Origin: Candidatus Limimorpha sp.
GTDB lineage: Bacteria > Bacteroidota > Bacteroidia > Bacteroidales > F082
DNA: 64,000 nucleotides
Direction: 5' to 3'
NCBI GenBank assembly: GCA_045117495.1
Contig: JBGUNT010000089.1
Span: 75-64,074 of the forward strand
The notes under the pieces were generated by a model. The model did no database searches. It was not told the DNA's origin and saw nothing but the letters and a program-made list of their open reading frames with translations. Positions within the stretch are counted from its first letter, which is position 1; the number at the start of each line of letters is the position of its first letter. The translations under genes were made by a program, and so were the position numbers. Below, in pieces: positions 63,315-64,000 of this stretch.

Positions 63315-64000
63315 TTATAGTTTTGGCCCTTCATAATCTAAGACCTCTGTATAGATTGCCGAAACCAACATACCACTAACACCTCTCGAACTATCCCCAA
63401 ATATTTTCACTGCATAACGAGCACGCGTAACGGCTACGTACATTCGACTATGCCAAGCATAATTCATAAAATGGTATGCTTCCTTTTCGGTTGAACGAGA
63501 AGGTGGTACTCGTCCATCATCCACACCCACCATAACAACTGCATCAAACTCAAGGCCTCCCACATAATCAATACCTCCTAATACAAATTTCCCTCCCAGC
63601 TCGGCTTTTTTCATAGTTTTCGTGTCACTTCGGCTTTGTAATTTCTCAAAACCTTTGTGATTCGCCAGCATATATTTCTCAAACTTGGAGATAAGTTCTT
63701 CTGAAGTAGGAATAAAGACAACTTTCGATTTTGAAACTCGTTTTTGGCCACAATAGTTTTCAGCCCATTCCACTGCCTTCTCAATTGATACAGCATCACC
63801 TTGGACAAGGGAATAGGAAGGACGGATTGATTTTAACTCATCATCGTTAATGAAATTGAAAGCAGCGTAATTCAACGGATTCTCGAAAGTAAACAAAGTG
63901 GCTCCAGATGAAAGGATGTTGAATGCGAGGTTTACAATGTCAGGAGAGCATCTGAAAACAGTGTTAAAACTGTTCTCCTTGGTTTCCCCTTCAATTGCAT
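63315..64000 (-). CDS. SF1 (UvrD-like) helicase, C-terminal part; ORF open to the window edge
   Basis: C-terminal helicase motif MYVAVTRARYAVKIF. Manual translation upstream of the listed TTG start shows no stop codon up to position 64000 (..AIEGETKENSFNTVFRCSPDIVNLAFNILSSGATLFTFENP..). Confidence 0.6.
   Translation of the reverse strand, partial: AIEGETKENSFNTVFRCSPDIVNLAFNILSSGATLFTFENPLNYAAFNFINDDELKSIRPSYSLVQGDAVSIEKAVEWAENYCGQKRVSKSKVVFIPTSEELISKFEKYMLANHKGFEKLQSRSDTKTMKKAELGGKFVLGGIDYVGGLEFDAVVMVGVDDGRVPPSRSTEKEAYHFMNYAWHSRMYVAVTRARYAVKIFGDSSRGVSGMLVSAIYTEVLDYEGPKL

Overview
This window looks like a chromosomal segment from a Bacteroidota genome, probably Prevotellaceae-like. The evidence is TAnnTTTG -7 promoter boxes 15-35 nt upstream of many starts, no Shine-Dalgarno sequences, several type IX secretion (T9SS) C-terminal sorting domains, a TonB-dependent receptor and lipoprotein signal peptides. 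Coding density is high, with about 60 genes.

Most genes are housekeeping: recA, nth, rimM, nnr, tex, aroQ, dgt, feoAB, dcp and two tRNA-Ser. Accessory blocks:
1. A TPP riboswitch upstream of a TonB-dependent receptor (19.8-22.3 kb).
2. A cobalamin riboswitch controlling a five-gene minus-strand operon (33.86 to 28.79 kb). It encodes two T9SS-sorted proteins, a beta-propeller lipoprotein, a CWC Cys-rich protein and an orphan BtuF-like binding protein.
3. A 1029-aa T9SS surface protein.
4. A T9SS protein plus beta-helix protein pair.
5. A wza-wzc-cpsB capsule export block with deacetylase and acetyltransferase genes.
6. A fucose block (gmd, fcl, a short cytidylyltransferase-GHMP kinase fusion, fucP, mutarotase).
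7. A small toxin-antitoxin/Abi cluster ending in a truncated SF1 helicase gene.

The most unusual signal is a family of short hairpin elements with conserved CC(C/G)TCAT...ATGA(G/C)GG termini. Two copies of a small GIY-YIG nuclease gene are each bracketed by an inverted pair of these hairpins and sit inside the gmd-fcl-kinase gene string. A 136-bp gene-less version lies at 14.06-14.20 kb, and a solo hairpin is in frame inside the kinase gene. I read this as a possible REP/RAYT-like mobile system built around a GIY-YIG nuclease. That reading is inference, not demonstrated.

Also notable are 71-73 nt leaders made of CTCTNNA heptamers that lack G in the mRNA sense (one copy has a single G). They lie immediately upstream of gmd, the kinase gene and fucP. 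All functional calls rest on motif recognition by eye; no database search was run.
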